From Trichosphaerium sp. ATCC 40318 (lineage: Eukaryota > Protista > Tubulinea), in the NCBI GenBank assembly GCA_038496445.1, contig JALMLS010000564.1:310001-374000 (forward strand): a stretch of DNA of 64,000 nt, in the 5' to 3' direction. The stretch's first letter is position 1. Every line of letters begins with the position of its first letter. Shown one piece after another: positions 1 to 12,017 of this stretch. Below the pieces are notes generated by a model. The model was given only the letters and a program-made list of their open reading frames with translations, searched no databases and was not told where the DNA came from. The position numbers and the translations under genes were made by a program.

Positions 1-831
1 GTGATTTTAACTGGAACAATGATTTGTATTGCTATGATATTGGTACAGTATTCAAATAACAAGTCATGGAATTAACGGTTTTTTGTTGTGTAGAGACTTC
101 CACTTGGGCTACTATAACTACTGCAGGCACTCCCCCTACTAGACGGTGTGCGTGCGTATCTTCAGTTATTGGAAATAAAGTGTACATGTTCGGAGGACGT
201 GACTTACAACAACGTGTAAATGACGTACATTGCTTGACGTTCGCGGAAGGTGCCCTTTAAAATATTTCTATTTTACTTCTTCTCACCTCTGTTATCTAGG
301 CTCTCAACCTACATGGGTACCTGTTAAACCTAAAGGTGTAGCCCCACTTCAACGTAGTTTTCATACTGCTGTAACGATAGGTAATGCCAGACAATAATTT
401 TTTAAAGCTGAACATTTTAGGTACAAAATTCTTGGTTATTGGTGGACTTTCTCGGATGAATGAGCATTTCGGAGATGTCCACATCTTCGACTCAGTAACC
501 GAAGCATGGCTTAGTCCGAAATGCGAGACACATCTACAAAAAAGAGGTAAGTGTACTGGATCATTGCTTCAAGTTGAATGCAAGCTAATAATTTGTTTAA
601 AAAGGCTTTCATGGTTCATGCGTTGTTGGATCCACACTCTACGTATTTGGCGGTTCTAGTGGCTTTGACCCACAGCGTGGTGCACCAGCAATGTATCTAA
701 ATGATTTGCAGAGTGCTGATCTTACCGCTATCGCTGCTGCCAAGGTAACCATTCCAGAAGAACCAAAACCAGATGCAGCTGAAGAAGTAAAAGCTACAGA
801 CGCTACTGAAGAGCAAGCGATGGAAGAGTAA
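1..831 (+). CDS. Kelch-repeat protein, 3' part (5' end outside window), spliced
   Basis: Exons encode kelch blades: 'GTPPTRRCACVSSVIGNKVYMFGGRD...NDVH', 'FLVIGGLS...GDVHIFD', 'LYVFGGS...YLNDL'. The acidic tail ends at TAA 829-831. Confidence 0.85.
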
Positions 832-945
832 CGTCGAAAGTGGTAGATTGTCAATTTGGTTTGTATTTGTACAGTTTTAATGTGTTTACGTAACGCTACG
901 CATACTGGTGTTGTTTTATGGCGTCTAGTCTGTTTTTCGTGTCAT

Positions 946-1341
946 TTAGCACACAAAATTTCTGGCATCTCTGATTGTTTTTGGTGGGCGGACAAAAAAT
1001 ATAGGCGGTCCTGTTCTGAGGTCTGGGTGGATGGAATGTTGTAATTGTGATAAGTCGTATTTCAAATCGCGTTTCTTTGCAGAATATAGCCTCTTATTCA
1101 GCCACGTAACTGCCTTGAATGATGGAGCTTTCTTATCAAGAGATTGTAAAGCAACAACTTTGAAAGGGCCTTTTTTAGGATTTGCGCGCTTAGTAACTCT
1201 CGAGGAGAGTTTTTTAGTGTCCTTGTTTAGTTTGGCGTTCGCTTTGCGTTGTTTACGCACTATTTCTCGTTTTTTATTCTGTGCATCCTCCTCGGCGACT
1301 GCACCGAGAAGACTCGCGTCTAAATTGGCAAGAGCGTCCAT
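946..1341 (-). CDS. Small basic (Lys/Arg-rich) hypothetical protein, 131 aa, intronless
   Basis: ATG-started ORF with protein-like composition, divergent from the TROVE gene across a CACGTG-containing spacer. No family recognised. Confidence 0.6.
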   Translation of the reverse strand: MDALANLDASLLGAVAEEDAQNKKREIVRKQRKANAKLNKDTKKLSSRVTKRANPKKGPFKVVALQSLDKKAPSFKAVTWLNKRLYSAKKRDLKYDLSQLQHSIHPDLRTGPPIFFVRPPKTIRDARNFVC

Positions 1342-1753
1342 TAAGTTTGTAATTCCAACCTTTGCAGGTCAAAGCATGTAAAACATTTCAAATTTCTCTC
1401 AGAAAAAATTGTAGTAAGTTTGTAGCGTGAGATCTTTGATTCAAAAATGTCTTGTGTAATGTTACAAGTCTGACTGTAAGTATCACGTTCGGGGTACAGA
1501 TGTGACAATCACTGATCAGAATTTCAACCGAAAATTAAGCTGGTACTATTGTTCCAATACAACTTGATCACGTGTCTCATATAAAAAGACAATATACAAT
1601 GCAAACTACAAAAACTGCATACACTTTTTGTGGTGCATAACTTGCAAATTTCTAGCGCGTAGAAATGAGAGTTGGCATTATGTGAAAATTAGCAAAAATG
1701 GCATTTTTTCTCCCTTCAAGATACACAAAACAAACGTAGCATTCGTCGATCGC

Positions 1754-4700
1754 ATGACAAGCGAAGTAGTTCAAAAGGCTACAGCCTTATTGACGTTAAG
1801 AGATACATTGGGTAATAGTTTTGTACGTAGCGTCCTCTTATGTTTAAAAAGGTGCATTCTATGAGCCTCAAAAGGCTGCGTTGTTACAAACAGCCCTTTC
1901 GAAACCAATAAAAGAAGTTAAACCGTTGGCCAGCGAACTGGTCTCTATTGGGTTCACTACTGCCACAGAGTTGGCCTCGTACAAAGTTTTTGGTGTGTTG
2001 TGTGACACAAACGCTTTATTCTTATTTGTGCCTGTAGATGATACTGCCGACTCTGAAGAAGTCAATACCGTAATAGCGGGTAGTACCATTGTAAAAACCC
2101 TAGCAAAACGCATTAGGTACCTAAAACGCATTACAATCAGCGTTTTTACATTCTTAGTGACGTACTCAAAAAAGATGAGGGTGCTATAACCGCGTTATTC
2201 ATGGCAATGTCAACAGAAGAAGATTTTTCGCTATCGCAATTTCTTGACATGCACGAAAAAAACAAGTGTTTTGGCGTACTAGAGGATGTTATGAGCACTG
2301 GCGAGCAGCAACTCCTTAATAAGGTTGGCGCATTATTCAAGCCATATCCAGTTAAAGGTACCTTCTCGTACTCGCTCAGGTTCTTACGTATTCAAGACTT
2401 GGACCTAAAAGAAGATATCACAAAAGATCAAGCCACTGAAAATGTTGATTCAACTCCAAATAGGTTCAATTATATAAATGTCTTGGTGAGTTACTGCCAT
2501 TCGCAATAAGGTTTTTAAATCTCATAAGCTCATCTAGGCTTCCGCTAAAGTGACAGGGGTATGTAAAGAAGAACAGGAGAAGGAACTCAAATATTTGAGC
2601 ACCAAGTACAAAACATTTAATTGTGCGTTTCTACTAGCCACCCAATAACGACACCATATCCATTAATTATTTGTAGATAAATTTCAAGAGGAAGAGGGAT
2701 TGCATTCCTTCGTTCTAACAATTGTTCCATTCCAAGATCACAAAAAGCTTAAAAACAGAGGCACGTTTTTACTCAAAAAATCCAAATACTGACGCTGGAT
2801 GTAGTCGCAGCAAAGATTAAGTTTGTTCTACCAACTCAATACCCACTTACTGATAGACCTGACATATACGTCAAGGGATTAAGAGGTCTCAAACTATGGG
2901 AAGCAAAGCGACTAGAGAATTTCATCTCAAACCGTGCTCATTCTTTTATTGGAAATACTATGATAAAATCTCTTATTACTAATGCAAAGCATTGGTTGTT
3001 TGATAAAAATAATGCCTTACTTCCAAGTAAACTCAGAGAGGTACCTTTTTATTTCAATTTAAAGAAAGAAGAAAAAAATAAGAAGAGGAGCAAATTGTCT
3101 TTTTAGGCTTTGCCAAACGAGAAAAATGTGGAGGAAGCGATAAAAATGCTGAACGATTTCAAGCTCGCAGGCAAGATGAAGCTTGTAAATACTTCAGCAG
3201 CTTCATGTGTAGCATCTTCGACGTACGTTAAAACCATATAAGATTCAAAGAATTGATTTACAACACTTTGTCTCTTTGTATTATCCGTAGCTCACCATCC
3301 GTGGTAGTTATATCTTAGATGTTTCTCCCAAAACATTGTCAACACTTGAAGCTGTTTTATACGTTGGTAAGCAGGAAAAAGCGAAATGAAACAAGTGACA
3401 AAATGAACTTACTTTGTGCATAGTATATGATGACCCTGAATTCATTCTTCGTTTGGCGTTATATATCAGACAAGTACAAATACCAAATCAATATAATGTA
3501 GCTAAACTACTATAGGCTCTTAATATTCGTAGCACCGCTAACCTTTTACTTGCTTGCGCAGCCAACTACAGAGTATGTCATCCATTCTTTGCAAAATACT
3601 TTTGTAGTATTGTGAGACTACCAACAGATATGCTACAAGTACGTTCATCTAACTGAGTATAAACGGCGCCCCAATACTAAGTCCCTGCGTTCGTAGGTAG
3701 TTCAATTTTATAACGTTATGGAGAATCGTTATCTACCTCGCCCAGCATTGCCAACGTGCTTGAGAAATGGTATAAAATTCAAGTTCAAAGAATTTGACTT
3801 GTATCAATTGTCTAAGTACTGTAACGAGTCTAGACGCAAGCGTGCATTGTTGTAAGTTATCTAGAATATAATTAATTGGTATCTAAATTAATTAATTCTA
3901 GACGCTCTAAAGAAGCTCGCAAGAAGGCGAAAGGAACACAAAAAGAAGCTGTTCCATATTTAACTGTTAAGCACTTGATAAAAAAATGTCATATTTCTGA
4001 ACCAAGGAGACATGTCATGATGATTATGGGAGCAAAATATCCAAAAAATAAGGAAGAATTCGTAAAGAGTCGCTTGGATGGTGAGTTCGATCCTGAGATG
4101 GTACACATAATACGAAAATAATAAGTTTTGTTGACCAAAAAACCAGGCAGGTAAACGAATGAAATTGCCATCAGCAGACACGTGGGAGGCCAAATCAAGT
4201 AAGTTCTGTCCCTATTTTGCCACAAGTATTAACAACTTTTAGCTCAAGAGGGCAATGGTCCAGATATGTGGCAATCTCTAATTGATGCAAACAAGCTGCC
4301 ATTTATGGGTATGGAAAAGATATTTTACATCTCAGCTTACCCTTTGTCAAGCAATGTTAAGAAACTTACGTGCTATGCTTAAATGTGGTATATCAGAGGA
4401 ACATTTCAACAAGATAATAACCAGATTATGTGATGCTCGTGCCGTTACATCAAGCCGTCAATTACCGTAAGTATCACGGCCATTAAATTGTAATTGCTAA
4501 CTTTTTGTGACCTTTAGATTCCGATTCTTGTCAAGTTATTATGCTGTTGGTGTTAATATTAGACAACTAAACAAGTACATTACTTTGATGTTAATGAACG
4601 AATATAACTTATTGTTACCTAAAGGAACTTCAAGAGTGCCGGAAAGCGCAGGAAAAAAGTAAGAAACAGAACTTTTATATTTGTAGTCTTTGATTAACTC

Positions 4701-6121
4701 GTCATAGCTTCGTGCAAAATTTAAGCAAACCAAAAATTTACAAAACTTGGGCCGTCTTACAGCAGGTATGACCTAAAATAGTCGATGAAAAAGAAATGAA
4801 TCTGTACTTATCATTGTCAAACAGAGCAATTCGCAGTAGAGGAACGTAAGTATAAGAAAGTTCTTGCAAGTATGCCTCAATCAAGAATTTCTGCTAAACG
4901 TATAAAATTGATAAAAGACGCACTGAGCACCTCTGTTGGTAAGTTTATTGTTTTTACAGTTTATTCTTTATTTGATTAAATCGCAATAGACTTGGCTGCA
5001 AGGCATAATTTACCAGAACTTGAAGGTAGAACTATTGTACGTTACTTCGAATCGACTCAATTTCTCCAAAAAGAAACTCGTGGATGCTCTGAGTTCTTCA
5101 CATCTTGGTTACTCTGACTTTTTTTTTACACAGATTTGCGTCGATATCTCCAAAGCATTACGCAAGCCTTGTACCATGGGACAAACGAAACGGTAAGCTA
5201 CAACCATTAAAAAAATTGTAATTGAATTTTTTTTTGAAGATTGGCAATTGAAGTTGGTGTATTGCTTGGTTTGATGATTTATCGAGTTAATCCAAGTAAA
5301 ACTGATTTCTGGTTGTTCTCTTCTAGTTGTCAAAAGTATATTATTCGCGATCCTACGAAGAATATCCTTGAACTTTTGGATGATATCATGAAGGTACATT
5401 TTTTTTTTCCAATTCTAAATGTGAACACAGTTCGCTACCGAGCGCCAAAGACTGCAATTAAACTTTATCATTTGTACTTCTAACATGTTTTCTCTTATTA
5501 GATGACTTCCAATGCTAGCTCAAAGTCATCATTCCCTTATGAAACTATCAACAAGGCATTCCATCAACAAGATCTTCATCGCTTGATTGTTATTAGTGAC
5601 ATGGTATTAACGTTTTTATGATATGGCTTTGTTTGACTCTAATACTTTTTTCCGTTCTAGAACATTTGTACCTCTGTTCTACTAAAGGGCGCTAAGAATC
5701 CATTATTGGAGAGACTCGAAAAGTATAGAAAAGCGTAAGAAAACATAATAATTTTTTTTTTGGATGCATGTATTTACAAGTTTTACTCTAGTTGTGTCAA
5801 GGATATGGTATTTGTTTGCATAGATATTGTAGGTAGTGGAAAGTCTTTAACGGATCAAGATGAGTACAGTGACGGATACAATCCAAAGAATGTAAGACTC
5901 TGACTCTGACCTTAGTATTTTGAGGGATTTTTTTCTCATTGACTTGCTTTTTTTTAATTTGTTTGCTACAATAGGTTTTGATTTCTGGTTACAGCGAATC
6001 CATCTTAAGATTCTTGCCTATGTTGGGAGGAGGTCAATTAAACGAGATAGAAGAAGCTGACTCAATTTACCTCAATGGACCACGTGTTGCTGAATCATCA
6101 ACAAAAAAGACAACAGATTAA
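1754..6121 (+). CDS. TROVE-domain protein (telomerase p80/TEP1-like TROVE + vWA-like C-terminus) with a long N-terminal extension, multi-exon
   Basis: Spliced exons give 'DDPEFILRLALYIRQ..LNIRSTANLLLA', 'IVRLPTD', 'KFKEFDLYQLSKY', 'LTVKHLIKKCHISEP', 'FDPE.AGKRMKLP..TWE', 'KLPFM.AMLRNLR', 'IVISDM', 'VLISGYSESILRFL'. These are hallmark motifs of p80/TEP1-type TROVE modules. Confidence 0.85.
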
Positions 6122-6581
6122 CCATTCAGCAACAAAACCCTTGCAATAGCGCAACAGAGCTATTTTGAGCATGCTAGTGTACGAAAAAATAAAGAATAGG
6201 TTATAAAGATGTAGAACCTTAACTGAACATTGCTTTGCGACCTGCTACTTATCGCTAGTTTATGCTGCTCTCGGAAAAGTTTTCTTCTTTACAAATAGCA
6301 ACAAAATCGTTACCTTGCTTTTGAATTTTATTTGTCTGTAATATTACCAACAGACACCATGACTCATGAAAGAATCCAGTCTGCTCAAGCACGTGGTGAT
6401 GATCTTCCCTTTGTTGGTTGAAGTGGTAATTCACATAGTTTTACTTGTACACCTGCATTCCTGGAGGCTTCGATACAGAATCTGTAACTTTTCAAGTGTG
6501 ATTTTTGGCACCTTTAAGAGCGCCACGTGATTTTCGTGGTCAATGGTTTTATAGACAATAAAAATGTAGTATCTACGCACC

Positions 6582-7646
6582 ATGAAGCCCCTCAAGCTCG
6601 CTATCAATTGTTATACACTTAACAAACGACAAACCTTACTTATCATAGCAACTACAGCTGTGCTAACCGCTTTTATAGTATATTATAATATAACAACATT
6701 TCAAGCGGTTCCATTTGCCACCATAAATTCTAAAGCACCACGATATTGTTACATGTCGTATTTGGGATCTGAAGACTATATTATAGATGCAATGGTATCA
6801 GGTTATTCTCTGAGTAAGGTGAGAAAGTATCCACACCATCTTTATGGCCCAGCAGACGTTCTTTCAAAATTACCAAAAGAAGCAAATGAGTTTTTTACAT
6901 CCATAAATGACATAGAATTATGGAAGGAATACAACGGCTCAGCGATAGCTAGACCTGCTGTATGGACACGAGTACTTCTATATGGTATTTTTGATGGTGT
7001 TTACGACAAGTGTTTGTTGATAGACATCGATACTGTCACAATTGGAGATCTTGATATTAGCTTCAATCTCGAGACTCCAGCAGGTATGATAGAGTATGAA
7101 AACGTGACCATAAATTGTGGTTTGGTATGGTTCCAACCTTCAAAAAAGTTACAATACAGCCTGGTATCGTATGCTAAAGAACATGCAAATGAGGGGTTGT
7201 ACTCAGACACACAAACTGGTGATCAGTGGTTACTCAATAAGGTTATTAAGAAATGGACAAGACTAGCACCTGAAGGTGTTGTGGTTGATGCTAGATTTAT
7301 GCAATTTCAAGTTTATCAGACTGGTCTTCGAAATGGAGAAGCTGCAGTCATTCATTATATTGGTAGCCCGAAACCGTCAAAGGCAATAGATAGTCTAAGA
7401 ATTGTTAGTTTTCAACATTGGTGGATGTTTTATTTTGAAATGTTAAGTACTTATCCTCATCTTAAGAACACTGTGTATGATTTAAAAAAAATCTATGGGA
7501 ATAATGATGTTACTGTTATGTTTTGGAGAAGTGTTCCGTATGAGGCTGTATATACAAAACAAGTGCCTGAATCAAAGGTACTAAAGAATGATGTTCTCAA
7601 ATTCAATAAGGATATTTCACTAGCATACAACCCATTTCATGAATAA
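6582..7646 (+). CDS. Glycosyltransferase family 8 (glycogenin-like) type II membrane protein, intronless
   Basis: 354-aa ORF with an N-terminal TM anchor, a DxD motif (LLIDIDT), 'NCGLVWFQPS', 'GDQWLLN' and 'IHYIGSPKP'. Confidence 0.85.
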   Translation: MKPLKLAINCYTLNKRQTLLIIATTAVLTAFIVYYNITTFQAVPFATINSKAPRYCYMSYLGSEDYIIDAMVSGYSLSKVRKYPHHLYGPADVLSKLPKEANEFFTSINDIELWKEYNGSAIARPAVWTRVLLYGIFDGVYDKCLLIDIDTVTIGDLDISFNLETPAGMIEYENVTINCGLVWFQPSKKLQYSLVSYAKEHANEGLYSDTQTGDQWLLNKVIKKWTRLAPEGVVVDARFMQFQVYQTGLRNGEAAVIHYIGSPKPSKAIDSLRIVSFQHWWMFYFEMLSTYPHLKNTVYDLKKIYGNNDVTVMFWRSVPYEAVYTKQVPESKVLKNDVLKFNKDISLAYNPFHE

Positions 7647-7917
7647 CAACTACAAAAAATAAATAGTAATTTGGTCATTGTGAAGACAAAATTTATAAAC
7701 GTTTTATTAGACAGCTAGTGGTAAAATCAATGCCCACTAGTCTACTAATACAATAAATTACTATCAACTGACGTTTAAGCAATACCAAATAAAAGGCTAC
7801 TTAATTTTTCTACGGAATGGTAACATTTGTGCAACCAAAAGCTGACCATATGGCAAAGATTATTTTTATGGTCAAACAAAACGTGAGGCTTCGTTCTTAC
7901 AATTACACTGGGTCGAT

Positions 7918-10900
7918 TTATTTACTTCGTAGTTTCTTCTTCTTCCTTACAAGCTGCTCTTCTTCTCCATCTGAATCACTGCCTACATCTACTTGACTCA
8001 TTAACCTCTTTGTCCTTAAGGAAACGATTCATTAGTTCCAAAATCAAAGCAGTAGTTTTTACCCAAGAGGAACAACTGTTTGTGTGTTATCTGCTACAAC
8101 ATCCATCTCACTTGCTATTTGGGCAACAGACATATCTGGTGCAGGTGTAGATGTAGGTTGTTCAAGAATATGCTTCATACTCCAAAGCGACAAACCCAAC
8201 TGCTTTTCCTAGAAACAGCCTTTACAATTATGCACAAAATAGAAGAAACAGAAGTGAATTGATAATAAAACACGTGTTTGCGTACTTGAGGTAAAGGCTT
8301 TGACATTTTAGCAAAGAATGTTCGTGCCATCTCAATGGCCATCTCAGTGGTTAGCGTCAATGTATCCTCAGTCAAATAGTCTCTTTTGTACTAATAAGCA
8401 AAAACAACATAAACCATCACGTGCCTTATCCACTGAGGTAGCTTTGTACGCTTGTCTCTTCTACCATATCTTACATCCGCGAAAACCATCAATCCATAGT
8501 CAGTCTTACCACGAATAACACGTCCTACACATTGACCAGCAGTACGCATTGCGTCAAATGTAAGGAAGTCACGTTCAGGAATCTTATAGTTTTGCCACAT
8601 ATACAGTAATCGCGCCTAGAAAATAAGTCAATGAGCGGTCTTTTAAGCATTCCTAAGAGAGCGAAACAGTAGAATCAAACACCAATTTTAGCATCAAAGT
8701 ACCTTTATAATTCTACTCTCTGTATAGACATATGGTGCTCCAAATAACATTACACAACGTCCATAATGTCCATCAAAATCAATACCTTCCGAAACTTTAC
8801 CTCTAGCTACACATAGTAACACGGCACCTATTTTAAAGTTGAGGAAATGTAAGTTAAGACATATGTATTTCAATAAAAACAACGTACCTCTTCCGCAGTC
8901 ACAAGCTTTTCTGTAGTTGTGTAGTGCCAATGTTGTCTCCGCCATATCACCCGTCTCTACGAATATAAGTTTATTCGCTAAGACTTGATCAAGTAACCCC
9001 AACTCATGCCATCGAGAAACAGTGGCTTAAAATTCAAGTATTAGAAAAATATCTTGCAAACACAAATCCAGTACGTACTTTCAAGATAAGAATATGAACT
9101 AAAAAAGCAAACCATGCCATCAGGTACAACAGATGAGAATTTAACTAAAGCCTGTCCATAATTTCGAACAACATCTGGTTCATCTCTGTGCTTATAATTG
9201 GCGTTAAGTTCAGTTTGATCATCACCTGTATTTGACTGTTAAAAACCAAGGCAACAAGCACCATCAAGAAAAAGCGTACCACTAGCAAGCACCATCGGAC
9301 ATAAACAGTTTCTAGCCAAAGACACAGATAAAACAGCTTCTCTCACCTTGTTTTTGATAAATCAAATGAACTCAGCGTTGCACGTGAAGGGAGTATAGAA
9401 GAGGTAACGTACTGGGGTTATATCTAGTAATTTTGGTAACATACCAATTGGAGATAAAGTACCAGAAGTAATAACAACATTTCTAAATTTTGATACAACT
9501 CCTTTCATACAAATAGACGCATCAAGACAGCTTAAACAAAGTTAGAATAAACAACACATGTCTATCCAAAAGAAAAGAAATCGTACCACAAGTGCATTAT
9601 AGGATCAGGTTTCGTCATTATACGTTCGTCTTTGTATGGTTCAGTGATGATTACAAAACCCTAGATAAAAAAAAGTATGAGCATGTGCAAGAAGTAATTA
9701 ACTCGTTTGTTGACATACCTTATCGTATGTTGCAGCTAGTGTAGCTAAATCGCATATCATGCCTACAGGAGCATACTGCATGATGTTTGTAAGTTCCAAG
9801 GCTTTTGTAAGCGAGTTAAGCCGTCTTGTCATGAACCTTAGATAGAAGATTAGAAGAAACAATGTGAACTAACAAGTCCTTACCTGAGTACTTTTGGTTC
9901 AATTTTTGTATCATCGTATAACGTTTGCATGAATGTCATTGGTGTCTCCGATATGACAGAGCGTCTATCTCTGAACCTCTCATAAAGGAATCCAACAAAA
10001 CTATCAAGAACACGAATAAACTGGTCAGCTTGACGAATCTCATCAGGCATGACTTCTTTAATAATATCTTTTGGCAACACTACAGCAATCAGCTAAATCA
10101 CTTCACCCACGTCTATGTATGTACCTGGATTTGGACGAGCGAATACTTCTGGTGTAGGTGCTTCTTGAGTTTCCGTAGTACCTGTTCTCTCTGCCTCTAA
10201 TCCTGCAAGAAGACTATTATATTCATCTTGTAATCTTGCTGCATCTTTTCTCTTTACATCACGGATAGCGTTCTTTAACATTTGAACATTTCTCTTTCCT
10301 GCATGCATTGTTTTATTATCAATATGTACACTAAGGGCATCAATACAAACTTGATCTAAAGAAGACTATCAGAGGAATTAACAACGAAAGCTATGTGGTC
10401 ATTAAGTTTGGTAGTTCTTTTTCTTTGGTTCGTGCCGATGTTGTGAGCCTCATCGAAAATGACAATGCAATCATTCGACAGTTGTTTTGAAATTAAATTA
10501 GATATTCTAGGATTGAGCAGATACTGGTAACTGTATATAACAACATCAGCAAAGTTCAATTGATTCCTTGCCAAATAGTAAGGACAAAACCCATGCTCTC
10601 GACTGACATTAATTAGTAAATACAAGCACACTTGCAACAAACTTGTACCCATATTTCTTCAAGTCCCTTAAAGAGAATATACCATTTAGTTTGTGATTTA
10701 CTCCGCTAGCTTGATCTTCAATATCTCTAAAGCTCTGGAATAAACTGTCATTTGTGGTAATGTATGTCAAAAGGAAAAATCTTTACCTCAAAGTAAGAAC
10801 ACAATTGATCTTTTTCACCTGCTGCCTTGAAATAGTCTCTACGAAAAGGAGCTATTTTATCATGGCACAATGAATCAACAATCTTCCTTGTCTGTCCTTT

Positions 10901-11431
10901 GGACACCTACAAGCTATGTGAGTAAGATACTGAAAGCAGAATCAATGTATGAACCTCTGGATTGACACATAGATTTTTGCGTGAAGACAATGACACGCCC
11001 GTTATTCGCTTGCCTGTCTGTGATTCTATGTACGCTGATACCTTCTTAAGCTCGGCAACTGTGTTCATCACTTCTGACACTGTACGACAACAATACAACT
11101 TAAATACGCGTGAAAACACTCCAAATTACTTCAACGCACCAGTTTACCGCTTCTGCCGTTGACAAGCAAACTACAAATTAATGCAAGCATAGAAACGGTT
11201 TTTCCTGTACCCGTAGGCATCTCTAGTACTATGGGGCCCTACATACGCTTCAGAATGTAATTGCATGGAAAAGGTATTGCCGTTTTATCTAAACCCTTCT
11301 TTAACTCAAGCATATACTTGTATTGTTCCGGGTAGATGTATTGATACGGAAAATAAACTAACTGGCCATCCAGAAAAAACCTATCAAGCGTCATTATTGA
11401 GACAACTGCGAAACAGAACCACTCACTTCAT
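7918..11431 (-). CDS. ERCC2: TFIIH helicase XPD/Rad3, multi-exon
   Basis: '[14 protein letters not shown]', '[10 protein letters not shown]', 'SSRKNLC', 'CPYY', 'IFDEAHNI', 'ITSGTLSP', '[12 protein letters not shown]', '[20 protein letters not shown]'. Confidence 0.97.
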
Positions 11432-11557
11432 TGTATAACGTTTGGTGCACTTTACACTAACCAAGAAAAGTAAGCAAGGTTTCCTTAACTTATTTGAATC
11501 AAACGCCACGTGAAAACATCATTCTACAACTCTTATCGCTTGTTTACAAGTTCTAGT

Positions 11558-11947
11558 ATGTCGTACAGTATCAGCCGTACGTTGTATGCATTCAACATAA
11601 CGAAGAGCACAGAAAAACACAACCACTTGTCAGATGGTACCGAGAAATTACTTGGTTTTGTTCACAGCGTTTAGAATCAATTTTCTTCATTTGGTTAAGT
11701 ATTATGGTCTTTCTATGCTTGGTGGTATTGTTATTCATGTATCTACCAAACATTTACCAACATATCAAGTCATCACGTGACCTCCATTTTGTTCTTCAAA
11801 CAAAGTTTTCAAAAACTAGTAAAAGGTTTGCAATAGCAATGTGACGAGCGCTAACAACCTTTAAGGTCTTCCGCAACTGACAACGAATCCCTGACGAACG
11901 TAGAAAATAATTACATGGATGTTGTAACCATGGAGCAGCCCTCCTAA
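11558..11947 (+). CDS. Putative ~92-aa single-pass membrane microprotein (2 introns)
   Basis: Removing GT-AG introns at ~11563-11633 and ~11826-11865 gives an open frame MSWYREITWFCSQRLESIFFIWLSIMVFLCLVVLLFMYLPNIY...SKR|SSATDNESL...EQPS*. It is divergent from XPD across CACGTG at ~11507. Confidence 0.5.
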
Positions 11948-12017
11948 TAATACCACAAGGAGAGAAAAAAGACAGCATTTTAAAATGTTATTGGAGGTTT
12001 TTTTTGGTATGTACAGC

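Noticed and set aside
6200-6500. Short ORFs and intron-like segments upstream of GT8
   Set aside because: No ATG-started frame of useful length and no snRNA or snoRNA hallmarks.
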